64,000 bases of DNA, taken from positions 351,540,001 through 351,604,000 of the forward strand of contig OZ024743.1 of assembly GCA_964016885.1 (NCBI GenBank), in the 5' to 3' direction. This DNA is from Eledone cirrhosa (Eukaryota). The number at the start of each line of letters is the position of its first letter. The first letter of the stretch is position 1. Of the stretch, positions 1 to 60,120 are shown piece after piece. Below the pieces are notes generated by a model. That model searched no databases and was not told the DNA's origin. It saw only the letters and a list, made by a program, of their open reading frames with translations. A program made the translations under genes and the position numbers.

Positions 1-647
1 TTCAACAGTAATACTATACCATATATTTTTAACAGTAATACTATACTAGATATTTTCAACAGTAATACTATACTATATATTTTCAACAGTAATACTGTAC
101 TACACTATATATTTTCAACAGTAATACTACACTGTACTATATATTTTCAACAGTAATACTGTACTATATATTTTCAACATTAATACTATACTATACTATA
201 TATTTTCAACAGTAATAATACACTGTACTATATATTTTCAACAGTAATACTGTACTATATATTTTCAACATTAATACTATACTATACTATATATTTTCAA
301 CAGTGATACTATACTACACTATATGTTTTCAACAGTAATAATACACTGTACTATATATTTTCAACAGTAATACTGTACTATATATTTTCAACAGTAATAC
401 TATACCATATATTTTCAACAGTAATACTGTACTATATATTTTCAACAGTAATACTATACCATATATTTTCAACAGTAGTACTGTACTATATATTTTCAAC
501 AATAATACTGTACTATATATTTTCAACAGTAATACTGTACTATACGATATATTTTCAACAGTAATACTGTACTATATATTTTCAACACTAATACTATACT
601 ATTTCAACACTAATACTATACTATTTTCAACAGTAATACTATACTAC
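1..647. repeat. Minisatellite, ~27-32 bp unit TTTTCAACAGTAATACTGTACTATATA
   Basis: About 20 visible tandem units; explains the repetitive ORF 329-526. Confidence 0.95.
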
Positions 648-659
648 ACAGACGGTTAT

Positions 660-697
660 CGTCTGTTTATCCAAGCGAAGCTAGGTACATCAGCTAT
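660..697 (+). mobile_element. Possible Helitron 3' end closing the minisatellite
   Basis: Imperfect hairpin CCaAGC-GAA-GCTaGG, then 8 nt, then CTA(T). Confidence 0.35.
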
Positions 698-767
698 ATA
701 TATATATATCTGGATGCCATAGAACACACCAATGGTAGCCAGACGGTAGCGGGACGGGCCAGATAGT

Positions 768-1008
<241 letters not shown>

Positions 1009-1176
1009 TATATATATACTCTGATTTAAGTCAGTTTTAGCACTGAATTGGATGTTTCGTATTGTAACTGTGTATTCGCACCGGAATCAGTTTGTTAGTG
1101 TAATAGGAAGAGTGTTTATATCAAGTAAGAAAGAACAACATTTCTTTCAGTTAAACATATTTTATTCGTAATAACG

Positions 1177-1254
1177 CGTAACACATGTTTCGCAATTATG
1201 TACAAATTTCAATTCTGATCTTCAATGAATCTGAGAACAAATCGTCACCAGACG
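1177..1254 (-). ncRNA. Hammerhead-like motif with variant core CTGGTGA, in a TA-flanked PLE-end fragment (~1020-1330)
   Basis: CGT-CTGGTGA-long stem II-GAAA C ATGT G TT-ACG. Confidence 0.45.
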
Positions 1255-1337
1255 ATTAAGGACTTGGGCTGAGCATTTGCGAAATAAGTGTTATGTGTCA
1301 TTACGAATATAATGTTAAACTGAAACTTCATTCTCTT

Positions 1338-1390
<53 letters not shown>

Positions 1391-1392
<2 letters not shown>

Positions 1393-1675
1393 GATATTAA
1401 CAAATGGAAACTATATTTATAAAACCATATTATTTCATTATACATATTTCAAGGACACCAAGTTAAATTATGGTGTGCTTTCATCAGATAAAATATAATA
1501 TAGAGCAGTTTTATTAATAAATATTGACATGCCCTTAAAGAATGCAACCATTACTGTTGGAAGCTCCCGGATAGCTCCGGGAGCTTCCAACAGTAATGGT
1601 TGCATTCTTTAAGGGTATGTCAATATTTATCTGATGAAAGCACATCATAATTTAACTTAAATAGAACTTTTACAC
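1391..1675. mobile_element. Fold-back PLE terminal-repeat insertion in (TA)n; same family as 30829-31275 and 31877-32160
   Basis: Hairpin 1515-1630 centred on GCTCCCGG/CCGGGAGC; sequence shared with the other two copies. Confidence 0.75.
1431..1495 (-). ncRNA. Minimal type I hammerhead ribozyme
   Basis: TATTTTAT-CTGATGA-AAGCACACCA..TGGTGTCCTT-GAAA T ATGT A TA-ATGAAATA. Confidence 0.8.
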
Positions 1676-1753
1676 ACATATATATATATATATATACATA
1701 TCGAATAAGTAAAAGCGAAGTAGTTTCAGATGTTCAAATCCTTTAATAATAAT

Positions 1754-1827
1754 GCTGTGATATATATTTCAATGATGACACTGGCCACACTGTTCTGTGT
1801 GCGAGTGTTGTGACATCATCAGATAGC
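1754..1827 (-). ncRNA. Minimal hammerhead ribozyme near the end of a TA-flanked non-coding insert (~1700-2890)
   Basis: GCTAT-CTGATGA-long stem II-GAAA T ATAT A TC-ACAGC. Confidence 0.7.
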
Positions 1828-2887
1828 TTGTTACATAATAAGGTTATGTTTCCGAGGCAATCCAAGTTGAATCGACATGGGAACGGACGAAGTGTGTGCT
1901 TTTGGGTTCTTCATCCGTTCCCTTGTGAGTACCAATTCACCCCCACCGGTCTGCGCAGGCGCATGTCCGAAGGAAGTTGACCATTAGCTACCGCATATTT
2001 CAACGAAATTCGCTTAGTCAGTTCACCCTCTCAGCCAAACAATGACCCATTTAGGCCTGTACCATAGTTTACTGCTACCCGTCCCGTCTGTGGCAGTCAA
2101 CCGAAAGCCAGAGGGGATGGGAGAGTGTTAGTTTTAATACTACCTCTCACCAAGCATGGACAGTACGACTGATCATCAACTCCCAAGAGAAAATATACTT
2201 AATTCTAGGTGTCATGGTTTTACATTGGAAGTTATGAGTGAGAGTTGGAAATAAAAATTAAAATCCTAAATCAAAAATCAGAAATTATAAATTAAACAAT
2301 TAAAAAATTAACAATTAGAAATTAGAAAGTTTTTCAAGTGAGAATCCGGATTGAGGTGAGTAAAAAATATAGATTGAAGTGAGTAAATAATATGGAGAGA
2401 GATGTTTAAGTAAGAAGTTCTGAGACGGATTCCAATGTCACAGTTACACTAACCAGATATTGAACGACAGTGCCGTACATTAGAACGGAGGGTAAACTAC
2501 AGTATTCAATGCAGTAGTCAATCTGGTACATAGTCATAATTTCCATCACATGGAACAAAAGCAAAGAAAAACAGATATAAAGTACACAAAAGAAAAGAAC
2601 CAATACTGAATAAATGCAAAAACACAGAGTACATATATGCAAAATGTTCCATATGATTGTTAATCTGTCAATGTATAGATTGAATTGAGGGGGCTTCTGT
2701 TCAAAAGCGATTTGGTGCAGGAAAATATGGGTTTATCTTAGTTTTTGTTTCCGCGTATTTATCCTGCCGAAAGTTACTATACTATTATGTCCGTCCAGTG
2801 TCGGGGGTTTCCATCCCCATGGTAGAGGGAATTTCAAAGTATATATTGAGTTAGAAACTCATTTAGGTCTCTTTTACAATTAAAATT

Positions 2888-2926
<39 letters not shown>

Positions 2927-2932
<6 letters not shown>

Positions 2933-3565
2933 GGATATGTGTTCCTACACGCACAAGGCGCTAAGGTACACATGTATTGTCCAACCATATGCCAATGTGG
3001 TTCAATGGCAGGTTAATAAATTAACGAGCCAGAACATATATAATGAAGGTTTAGCAAATATCTTATTTGCTAAACCTTCATTATATATGTTCTGGCTCGT
3101 TAATTTATTAACCTGCCATTGAACCACATTGGCATATGGTTGGACAATACATGTGTCCCTTAGCGCCTTGTGCGTGTAGGAACACATATCCTATTATTAC
3201 TATTCTCCTCTATGTTGAGAAAAATTTGGTCGTTCTGACTGCTGCTAGTTATAGCAGTAGCCATCTGACCTCTCTGCCTCTGCCTTTATCTTTACACTCG
3301 GCCCTTGAAAAAATTGATTCCACTTCATTTACTCTCATCTCGGGAACAATTTTGAATAGCGCCAGTTCGTAATTTGAATTCGAGAATTTTATATTCTCCG
3401 AATGAAAAGAACCTTCTGACGAGATTCTTTCTTTGCAACGAAGGCCGTATGGACTCCGTTTATTTTTGAGAATCGAAACCGACTCGGTAAAGTACCATGG
3501 TAAGTACAGTTAATTTTTTAAAATTTATTTTGAAACTTTATCTTATTTGCTAAACTTTCATTATA
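2927..3565 (+). mobile_element. Non-coding HHR element, ~480-bp monomer with terminal redundancy and a 5' fold-back (retrozyme-like)
   Basis: Palindrome 2927-3196; TCTTATTTGCTAAAC recurs at 3061 and 3541; (TA)n on both sides. Confidence 0.7.
3413..3492 (+). ncRNA. Type I hammerhead ribozyme
   Basis: CTT-CTGACGA-GATTCT..AGAATC-GAAA CCGA C TCGG TA-AAG. Confidence 0.8.
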
Positions 3566-3632
3566 TATATATATATATATATAATAAAATGTGGAGAGGA
3601 AGCACACGAGTTAGGATATATATATATATATA

Positions 3633-6304
3633 TGAAAACGGAGAAAGAGACGATTATGAGGAAGAAAAATATTTTTTTTTCCTTTTTTGTTTCTCTCTCT
3701 CTCTCTCTCTGTGTTTTCTGTGTTAGAAAATGATTACAACGAAATGTTTTACTTTGTGTGAAGTGTTAAGGTATTAGTTGATTTATTTATTATTTAACAA
3801 TGGCATTTATTTATCTATTTATATATTTAATTATTGTCTATTACCGGTTTTTCAACTCTAGAAAACCAAACATATTATGAAAAGGCTCAACACTACACAC
3901 AACAGAAAATAATGAGAAACCTAAAATCCCTAACAACCCTTTACAAAGAAGGCCTTACAGACAAGGAATACAACTACATCACCAATTTCAAAAGCAAAAC
4001 CAGCCTCTTCTACGGTATCCCCAAGACACACAAAAGCGAAGTAATAGGCAGGGCCTGAAAGCAAGCCACAGACGTTTACATCAATATAGCCCCTCCTGAT
4101 GACCTTAAATTAAGACCCATAATAGAAGGCACCACTTGTGAAATCCACCGCCTAAGCAACTTCCTAGACATTCTGCTTAAACCTTTCTTAAAACATATAA
4201 AAAGCTTCATAAGGGACGACCTTGACATGCTCAACCACCTCCCAACAACACTCAATAATGACCATACCCTACTAGTAACCTTTGATGTCATCAATTTATA
4301 TTCCAATATCCCACACAACCTAGGTATAGAGGCAATACAATTCTGGATGGAAAATTTCCCTAGTGAACTTCCACAGCGCATCCCTAAAGGATTTGTTGGA
4401 GGGACTCAAATTCATCTTGGAAAACAATTTCTTCGAATTCAATGCCAAATACTACAGACAGAAATCTGGGACTGCCATGGGCACGAAAGTGGCCCCCTCA
4501 TACGCCAACCTTGTCATGGGATATTTGGAAACCATTCTCTACCGCAAAGTTCTAGACAAATACGGCAACCACTTCTACCAACACATAGAAAAGAACTGGA
4601 AGAGATATCTGGACGACTGCTTCATAAAGTATAGATAGACTGTTTGCGTTCAAAACCCTTCTGAATGGACTCAACACTAACTTACAATTCACAATGGATT
4701 ACAGCCATGAACAACTCCCTTTCCTCGACATCCTCATCAAGAAAACAAGCAACAAAATAGAAATAGACATATACTACAAACCCACAGACTCCAAACAATA
4801 CCTTCCATTCAACTCGTGCCACCCTAGACACACCCAAATGGAAATTCCTTATAACCTAGCCAGAAGGATCTGCACAATAGTTTCAGATAAATACACATGC
4901 TACACACGACTAGAAGAATTAAAAAACACACTTATCAGCAGAAACTACCCACCATCCCTAATCACCAATGGATTCCAACGTGCCCTAAAACTAGACATCC
5001 AGGAACTCAGACACCCCAAACCCAGGAATGAACCGCAACATAAAACTCTACCATACATCTCCACACACAACCCCCTCAACAATGAGGCATTCGACACCAT
5101 CCTCCAGAACATTCCTTTACTAAAAAAGACCCAAGAATGAACAATATCCTCCAAACACACAACATCATAAAGAGCAAAAGACAACCCAAATCCATAAAAA
5201 ACATCCTCACACAAGCCAAAATCCAACAAACCCTCTCAATGAACCCTACAGTAACAAAATACGGAAGGCCCAACTGTGGCATATGCATAAATCTAATAGA
5301 AGGTTCAACATTCCATTTTAAACAAGGACAACGTTTCACAGTTAAACACAACTTTACATGTGCATCTGAAAACCTTATCTATGTTTTGACATGCTCAGGT
5401 TGTCAAGAGCACTACATAGGACAGACAAAAAACAGCCTCCGTCAACGTATGACCGTCCATAAATCACAAATTAAAATACAGGAATCCAGAAAGATTGCAT
5501 TTAGTGAACATATCCCCAATTGTGCTCTCAACCAACATCCCAACTTTAAAATGTTCATCATTTACAAATTCATAGACAACGCTACTTTCATCCAACGTAC
5601 CAATAAGGAAACACATTTCATTAATACATTTCAACCACTACTCAATGCTCTAAAAATCGGACCAATCTAAAACTGCAACAAACCATCAAACATTTACAAG
5701 AGTTACCTCCCTCACACCCTACCTAATCCTTTTTCTTAAATAAATTAAATATCACCCAGCAAGAATTGCTTCCCTCTGCATATTAACTCTCTAAAAAGGG
5801 AAATCATATCAAACCACAGTCCACCATTTGCCTCCTTCACGGAACCATGGTTCAACTAAGCACTCTTGCGATATTAACACATTTTGAACTGCTTAACTTC
5901 AATGACTGTACTTGTAATAACATTATTTTTTCTTCAACATTGACTTTTTACGTTCCACATTATGCACGTTTTTTTTTTCCTTTTTCTTTTTTTCTTTTCA
6001 CCTTGTTTCTATATAACATTCTTTCTGCACCTTCTGTTTAACATGTGCGACACCACACTAATACATTTCACAATCATTTGATAATGCATATAAATGCTGA
6101 AACCGGTAATGGACAATAATTAAATATATAAATAGATAAATAAATGCCATTGTTAAATAATAAATAAATCAACTAATACCTTAACACTTCACACAAGGTA
6201 AAACATTTCGTTTTAATCATTTTCTAACCCAGAAAAAAGAGAGAGAGAAACAAAAAAGGAAAAAAATATATTTTTCTTCCTCATAAGCGTCTCTTTCTCC
6301 CTGT

Positions 6305-6310
<6 letters not shown>
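3633..6310 (+). mobile_element. Penelope-like element (Neptune-like), 5'-truncated and frameshifted RT + GIY-YIG, with an inverted terminal copy
   Basis: ORF pieces 3834-5670: KLRPII, FDVINLY, GTAMGT, RYLDD, Cys linker, NLIY..C..C..YIGQT..LRQR. 3633-3851 is the inverse of 6100-6310. Flanked by (TA)n. Confidence 0.92.
6075..6111 (+). ncRNA. Minimal hammerhead, U3-A8 core variant
   Basis: CAT-TTGATAA-tGCAT ataa ATGCt-GAAA CCGG TA-ATG. Confidence 0.6.
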
Positions 6311-6373
<63 letters not shown>

Positions 6374-6519
6374 TGTCTGGGGGGGGGGGATTTATTTCGA
6401 AGAGAAACGGAAAGACACCACGGTAAATGAAGTACTCAATACATTAAGTAGATTTTTCTGGTAATTTCAAACAAATGAATCATTTCTAGCCATGTAGAAA
6501 TCATTCGTAAATTAAATAG

Positions 6520-6566
<47 letters not shown>

Positions 6567-6571
<5 letters not shown>

Positions 6572-7642
6572 TATGTACACGTACATACATATATGTATAC
6601 AGACGTACAGTAGTATGTATATATATATACATACACGCACACATATATATATGTACGTATGGATTCACCGAACATTTATTATGATGCTCGGTGTGTTTGT
6701 AAACAAACATCCCGTATTAAGCCGTAGTGTCCAGCAACCATCGTTGCTCGTTTGTTCAACAGTGACAAAGGAACGCTGTACTAGTTTCAAGTTTATTAGC
6801 TATCGTCAGCAACGTATACCTTCCTGCCAGATTGTTGAACGTATATACTTACCTTATGCATATTAACGGCTGAGTAACCCAAGTTGCATATCGAGTGGGT
6901 TAATCGGCCGGGTGCACCGAAAACGATAAACGGAAAAAATGAAACGAAATTTCATTTCCCACTCTTAGTACGGTGGTTGCTGGATGGTTGCTGGACACTA
7001 CGGCTTAATACGGGATGTTTGTTTACAAACACACCGAGCATTATAATAAATGTTCGGTGAATCCATACGTACATATATATGTGTGCGTGTATGTATATAT
7101 ATATATACATACTACTGTACGTCTGTATACATATATGTATGTACGTGTACATACTTATATTTAAGTAACAGTCGTACTAAGAGTGGGAAATGAAATTTCG
7201 TTTTATTTTTTCCGTTTATCGTTTTCGGTGCACCCGGCCGATTAACCCACTCGATATGCAAATTGGGTTACTCAGCCGTTAATAATCATAAGGTAAGTAT
7301 ATACGTTCAACAATCTGGCAGGAAGGTATACGTTGCTGACGATAGCTAATAAGCTTGAAACTAGTACAGCGTTCCTTTGTCAGTGTTGAACAAACGAGCA
7401 ACGATGGTTGCTGGACACTACGGCTTAATACGGGATGTTTGTTTACAAACACACCGAGCATTATAATAAATGTTCGGTGAATCCATACGTACATATATAT
7501 ATATATGTGTGCTTGTATGTATATATATATACATACTACTGTACGTCTGTATACATATATGTATGTACGTGTACATACTTATATTTAAGTAACAGCCGTA
7601 CTAAGAGTGGGAAATGAAATTTGGTTTCATTTTTTCCGTTTA
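6567..7642 (+). mobile_element. Non-coding HHR element: ~1.6 tandem copies of a 420-bp monomer plus one inverted monomer (retrozyme-like)
   Basis: GATGGTTGCTGGACAC at 6983 and 7403; 6567-6972 is the inverse of ~7173-7583; TA-flanked. Confidence 0.78.
7331..7371 (+). ncRNA. Minimal hammerhead ribozyme (inverted copy at 6774-6814)
   Basis: CGTTG-CTGACGA-tAGCT aata AGCTt-GAAA CTAG TA-CAGCG. Confidence 0.85.
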
Positions 7643-7836
7643 TATATATATATATAATAAAAAAGAAGATTTTAGCTCTACATGGATGAATACAATAAAT
7701 GTAATCTGAGTTTTTCGAATATTAATAATAACATTCGATTTTTTTGTAATTATGCAAACAAGCCTCAATTTTATAGCCATGTCAGTAGAATGAACCCTTC
7801 ATTCATTCTTGCTCTTGTGTTGGCATGTGATCAGAA

Positions 7837-7880
7837 CTGCAGACACTAATGTTTCTGGGTATCACCCTTCATCAGTACAG
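7837..7880 (-). ncRNA. Type I hammerhead ribozyme in an insert at ~7655-8075
   Basis: CTGTA-CTGATGA-aGGGT gat ACCCa-GAAA CA TTAG TG TC-TGCAG. Confidence 0.85.
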
Positions 7881-8488
7881 CTCACTGTTCACCTGCCAAA
7901 CTGTCAGAACTAGTGAAAATATATGCTATTTTCAAAATTACAGTGACTGATCGGCCTGATTTGCATATTAGCAGACTGGCTGATCAGTCAGATCTGCATA
8001 TTAGCAGATCTGAGTCTGGAACTAGCTGTTGAAACGGCAAGAGCTCAGCCGTCTGGGTCCTAATTTTTTATAATATATACATGTGCATTACTTATGCACT
8101 ACATTGTGTTTCAAGTAATAATGATATTTTTACCATTCTCTTAGCTATAGACAATCTATCAATTTCTGTACTCTATGTGTTATAACTAACTGAAATCATA
8201 CTTATAAATATCACATTTATATATGCATACATATGTGAGTGAATACAGGTGGTTATGTGTATGCAAATAATTGTCTGTAGGAAAGTCATTCTGAGAAGAA
8301 ACAACAATTTTCGTTTATTTCTTAATAGTATCATCTACTTTGAAGTATAAAAAGGTTTCGTAGCAACTCTGTGAACTGGTCGGTGGCACAATTTAACTGC
8401 ATCTACTGAAAGTCATTTCTTGGCCAGATTTTCAAAGCCTCTTGACGTTTCTATTTTCATCTTTTCTCTTAATTGCATTCCCCTTTAA

Positions 8489-11400
8489 CCCTTTAGCATT
8501 TAAACCGGTCGTATCCGGCCAGAATTCTCTCACCTCTTTCTGCTAAAACCGGCTGTAACCGGCCGCTTATACTTATGTTAAGGTATTGTTCTCAAAATAA
8601 ATAATATCAAAATCTCATAGATTCGATATTTTATGAGATTTTAGTGGGTTGGTCATTGGGTTATTTACTCCGGTAAATACCATTGCATGCCAACTACTAA
8701 TTTAATTCGAAGGAAGATATAGAAGAATGTTATATGATTTTTCCTGGTTAGAATTAGCTCTCTACATTCAACGTAACAAAATGAAACATGACGAATATCT
8801 CAAACGAGTATCAATAACAGTTTGCATTTTTATTGTAGTGTGTGCATTACATATTGGTAATAAAACATACCTTGTGAAGTAATAGAATTGTAATCCTTCT
8901 CCCGATTGCCAACCAATGTGCAAACCATATTGGCGAATATGGTTGACACCAGTTCTATAGAACAAATTGCTGCCTCTGCGGACAGAATTATGGAATTTTC
9001 TAGGGAACCTACCTCGGCTGATTCGGTCATTGCCTCTTCTATTCTTAAAAAACAGCCTGTCTCACCTAGTGAGGAAGCCATGTTGCGAGCTATTGACGGG
9101 TTAACATGTCAAGTAGCTAAACTGTGTCGTGATCGAGCGCCACCTAGAGTTCACGAAGTCGGTCTTTTTCTTCTCATCGACGTACCAACTCCCCAGCCAA
9201 TAGTTCTTCTTTGTGTTGGTACCATGCGCGTTTCCGTGATAAGGCACATCATTGTATCAAGCCCTGCTCTTTGGGGGCATCGGAAAACTAAGTTTGGATA
9301 TTCTGGGCACGGCAGACCTCTCCTTTAACATTTCACCTTATCGTGCTTTCTTCATCAGAGACCGAGTCTCAAACAAGTCATCCATGGCCGACACAGGATC
9401 AAGCTGCAGTATTTGGCCCTTACGGTTCAGCTCTACCAAGCCAACTTTTTCCGGCATTTCTTTGTATGCAGTGAACCAGTCTCCTGTAAAAACCTATGAA
9501 CAAATATCTGTATCATTGGACCTAGCTTTGCGTCGAGATTTTAAATGTATTTTCGTCATTGCCGACCTACCTGATCCTATTCTCGGTGCGGATTTCTTAC
9601 ACCACTATTCACTTTTAGTAGATGTCAGGAAACAGAAACCTGTGGATAGTACCACATCCTTATCTACGCCTACTCGTAAATCTACTGCTCTGCTGTCAGT
9701 CCGTCATTTTTTGTGACTGCTGCTGGAAACCAGTTTCATGCACTCCTTACTTCGTTTCCCAAGTTAACGGATACGTCATTTAATCCTACCCAGGCAGGTC
9801 ACTCGACTCAACACTTCATTATAACGACTGGTCCACCTGTTTTCTCTCGTCCACGGAGGTTGGCTCCGGATAGGCTAAAAAAAGCCCGAGGCGAGTTCGA
9901 GCACATGCTCCAGCTCGGTCTTATACGACCTTCCACCAGCCCATGGGCATCTCCACTGCACTTGGCTCGAAAGGGTGAGGCGGATTTTAGACCGGTAGGA
10001 GATTACCGAAGACTTAACGCTATCACCACACCTGATCGTTATCCTTTACCCAACTTACAGGATTTTTCATCCGTTCCTCATGGATGCACGATATTTTCCA
10101 AAGTAGATCTAGTAAGTGGATTCCACCAGATACCCATGAATCCAGAGGATATACCAAAGACAGCCGTGACCACCTCCTTTGGTTCGTTTGAATTCCTGTC
10201 CGTGCCTTTTTGCTTGCGGAATGCCTCGAGTACGTTCCAGCGTTTTATCGATGAAGTAATGCGTGGATTGGATTTCGTGTTTGCTTATGTGGATGACCTC
10301 CTGATAGCCAGCGTCACAGCTGAACATCATCAACATCATCAACAACATCTATCTCAGTTATTTCAACGTCTTCAATCGTACCAGGTCAGAATCAACCCAG
10401 CTAAATGTGTGTTTGGTACAGCTTCACTGGAATTCCTAGGACATCTGATAGATTCAGAAGGCATTCGACCTCTGCCATCTAAGGTGGAAGCAATTCAGCG
10501 AATTGCACCCCCCACCTCATTGGGGCAGTTTCATCCCTAACTGTGCAGACAAGTTGTTTCCCTTGACACAGTTTTTAAAGGCTGCGAAAAAGAAAGATGC
10601 TCCCATTTCACTTTCTGCCGATGATTTGCGATCTTTTGAATCCGTCAAGTCCGAAATAGCTAAAGTTTCCTTCCTGGCGCAAAAGGTTGCGAACACGAGG
10701 CTATCCTTAACTGTCGATGCATCCAACCATGCTGTCGGAGCAGTCTTGCAACATACAATCAACCACCAGTTTCAACCACTGGCGTTTTTCTCACGCCAAC
10801 TTAAACCAGCAGAGCAACGTTACAGTACTTTTGACAGAGAGTTTTTAACAATTTATCTTACTGTGAGACACTTCCACCATCTTCTTGAAGGTCGGGAGTT
10901 CACGGTATTCACAGACCATAAACCACTCACATTCGCTCTTCAATCCAAGTCCGACATATACTCTCCGAGGGTATACAGGCATTTGGATTTCATCTCCCAG
11001 TACACCAGTGACATTCGTCATATAGCTGGAGATGCCAACGTACCCGCGGACGCACTGTCTCAACTCACTGTGTGCTCCCTTGCGTCTCCTGCACATATTG
11101 ATTTGGTTGCCATTGCGACTGACCAACCTTCTTTGGATTCTCTGGATACTTCTTCTTCTACCCAGTTTTCCTGCTGTAAATTTGAATATTTACCTCTTCC
11201 GTCTGCTGAAGGGAAAATTCTTTGCGACATTTCTACCGGCTCACCCAGACCACTTGTTCCAGATTGTCATCAGCGTACCATTTATGATGTACTTCATTCC
11301 TTGTCGCATCCCGGCATAGCTGCCACCGGGAAGTTCATCACGGCCCGATTCTTCTGGCCTAACATGCGTCGTTTAATCACCGGTTGGGCACGTTCTTGTT

Positions 11401-13319
11401 TGCAGTGTTAGCGCTCTAAGGTTCAACAGCATGTTCGCGCTTCTCTTGGTAAATTCAGCCCGCCGGACGTTCGTTTCCGTCACATTCACATGGATATTGT
11501 TGGTCCATGGCCCGTTAGTCGTGGGTTCACATATATATTGACCTGTATCGATCGTTTCTCTCGGTGGCCTGAAGCCATACCCCTAGTGGATATAACAGCC
11601 GAGTCCGTTGCCCGAGTTTTCATTTCCAATTGGGTTGCTCGCTTTGGTGTTCCTTCTAAAATAACCACGGATCGGGGACGCCAGTTCGGGGCTTCCTTAT
11701 TTCGTGAAATATCACGACTTTTGGGTGCTTATCACATTCATACGACCAGCTATCACCCAGCCTCCAACGGAATGGGGGAGAGGTTTCACAGACAGTTGAA
11801 AGCTGCACTCCGCGCTACTCCTGATCCGCAACGTTGGACCGAATTTTTGCCAATCGTGCTTCTTGGTTGTCGTTCTGCCGTTAAGACAGATTTGGGTTTC
11901 TCCTCAGCTGAACTTCTTTACGGTACCCCCTTGACACTTCCCGGTCAAATGCTAGCACCGGTTGATTCATCGCATCTCGATCCAACATCATATGTCACCA
12001 GGATTCGTTCTTACTTCTCGGATCTTCCACCAATGAACCCTCGTGACCAGTCTATTTCTTCTGCTGTTCCATCGGACATCTCTACGTGGACACACATTTT
12101 TATACGGAATGATTCCGTCAAGGGACCGCTTACGTCACCCTATAATGAACCTTTTCGTGTGCTTTCGCACACACCAAAACATTTCACAGTGGCTGTCAAT
12201 GGTCGAAAAGAGGGCTTTCTCTGAAAGTCTCATTATAATGCCTGACACACCTCGTACATTTACTCCCACACCAACACCTTCACCTCCACCGCAAACACCA
12301 CATACCACCACACAACCTTATGTCACACGAGGTGGCAGAACAGTAAAATGGCCACGTAAATTGTCAAAAACTATATACATTTAACCCCTGATGGCATTAA
12401 CAAACTCTTTTCAGGTTCAGATAGAATTAGTGTCAGAAAAGTCTGTACACTGGTGACGCATGAACTATTTGATTTTGAAGAAACTTTGAACTTACCATTG
12501 AGCATTAATTTTTCTCTCTCCTTTATGTTAACTTTGAGTTATCAGTTGTTGTATTTACATTTTTCTGCATCATCCTTGTGCAGCAAAAAAGATTTTTCTT
12601 TGTAAAATGCATTTACTTGTTTTGTGCCTTTTTGCTATTTGCTTCAGTTGCGAGCTCGTGTTTTATCATGCATTATCTTGTACCTCTGCTCCTCATTTCT
12701 TACGGGTTCTCGCTACAATGACTTTCGGTTGGTTATTCGACTTCTCGTCTGAGAGGGGAGTCTTGTAGCGCTCTCTAGATAAAGGGAAGTAGCTAGAGTT
12801 ACTTCCTGTAGAATTTCTAGAACATTCCTTGGTCTTCAGTTCTATGTATTATAAAAGAAAGAGCAAAGTTCTATGTATTATAAAAGAAAGAGCAAAGGGC
12901 AATCTTCCTCTCTTAGGCAGCAAGCTCTTGAACTGACCTCACCGAGCACAAATATGTTAAGCTTTTTCCAATCCTATCTTGCATTTCAGGATTACAATTT
13001 TATTATTTCACAAGGTATGTTTTATTACCAATATGTAATGCACGCACTACAATAAAAATGCAAACTGTTATTGATACTCGTTTGAGATATTCGTCATGTT
13101 TCACTTTGTTACGTTGAATGTAGAGAGCTAATTCTAACCAGGAAAAATCATATAAAATTCTTTTATATCTTCCTTCGAATTAAATTAGTGGTTGGCATGC
13201 AATGGTATTTACCGGAGTAAATAACCCAATGACCAACCCACTAAAAGATAATTATGTGAGGTAAAGTGTTTACCGTGAAAATATAATAGAAAATATAGAG
13301 CAATGTAAATGCTAAAGGG
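8489..13319. mobile_element. TTAA-flanked piggyBac-type MITE (8489-8638 + 13247-13319) split by a Gypsy insertion
   Basis: TTAA-CCCTTTAGCATTTA ... TAAATGCTAAAGGG-TTAA. Confidence 0.75.
8639..13246 (+). mobile_element. Degenerate Ty3/Gypsy LTR retrotransposon: gag end, PR, RT, RH, IN; 3' LTR 12764-13246; inverted half-LTR 8639-8897
   Basis: DTGS protease, YVDD RT, VDAS RNase H, HHCC + DDE integrase, GPY/F-like motif; frameshifts and stops; PPT GAGAGGGGAG at 12751-12760 followed by TGTAG. Confidence 0.93.
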
Positions 13320-13589
13320 TTAAGCATAGGAGTGGCTCAGGTTCTTTTACATGTCAATTTGTATTTCTTGTTTTTATTTCAGTCACTTGTCTTTTGGTGT
13401 ATACACGGCCTTTAGCTTTTTTGGTTTTGATCTTTCATATAATTTTTTATTTCAAATATAGATTGTTATCAGCATAGACCTTAATACATAAATAATAACA
13501 ACACTGAATAAAATTAAGATGTTTGTAGTCATTGCCAAAAGTAGAAACAATTATATTTCTGATGACTTCTTTATTGGCTCAAGGTATCT

Positions 13590-60120
<46,531 letters not shown>

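Noticed and set aside
1-647. CRISPR-like periodic repeat
   Set aside because: No unique spacers, variable unit length and a eukaryotic context; it is a minisatellite.
2937-3187. Mirror-image 61-aa ORFs on both strands
   Set aside because: Consequence of the DNA palindrome; no coding signature.
8489-13319. Autonomous piggyBac carrying Gypsy pol
   Set aside because: No transposase; the long inner inverted repeats are LTR sequence inside a ~220-bp MITE.
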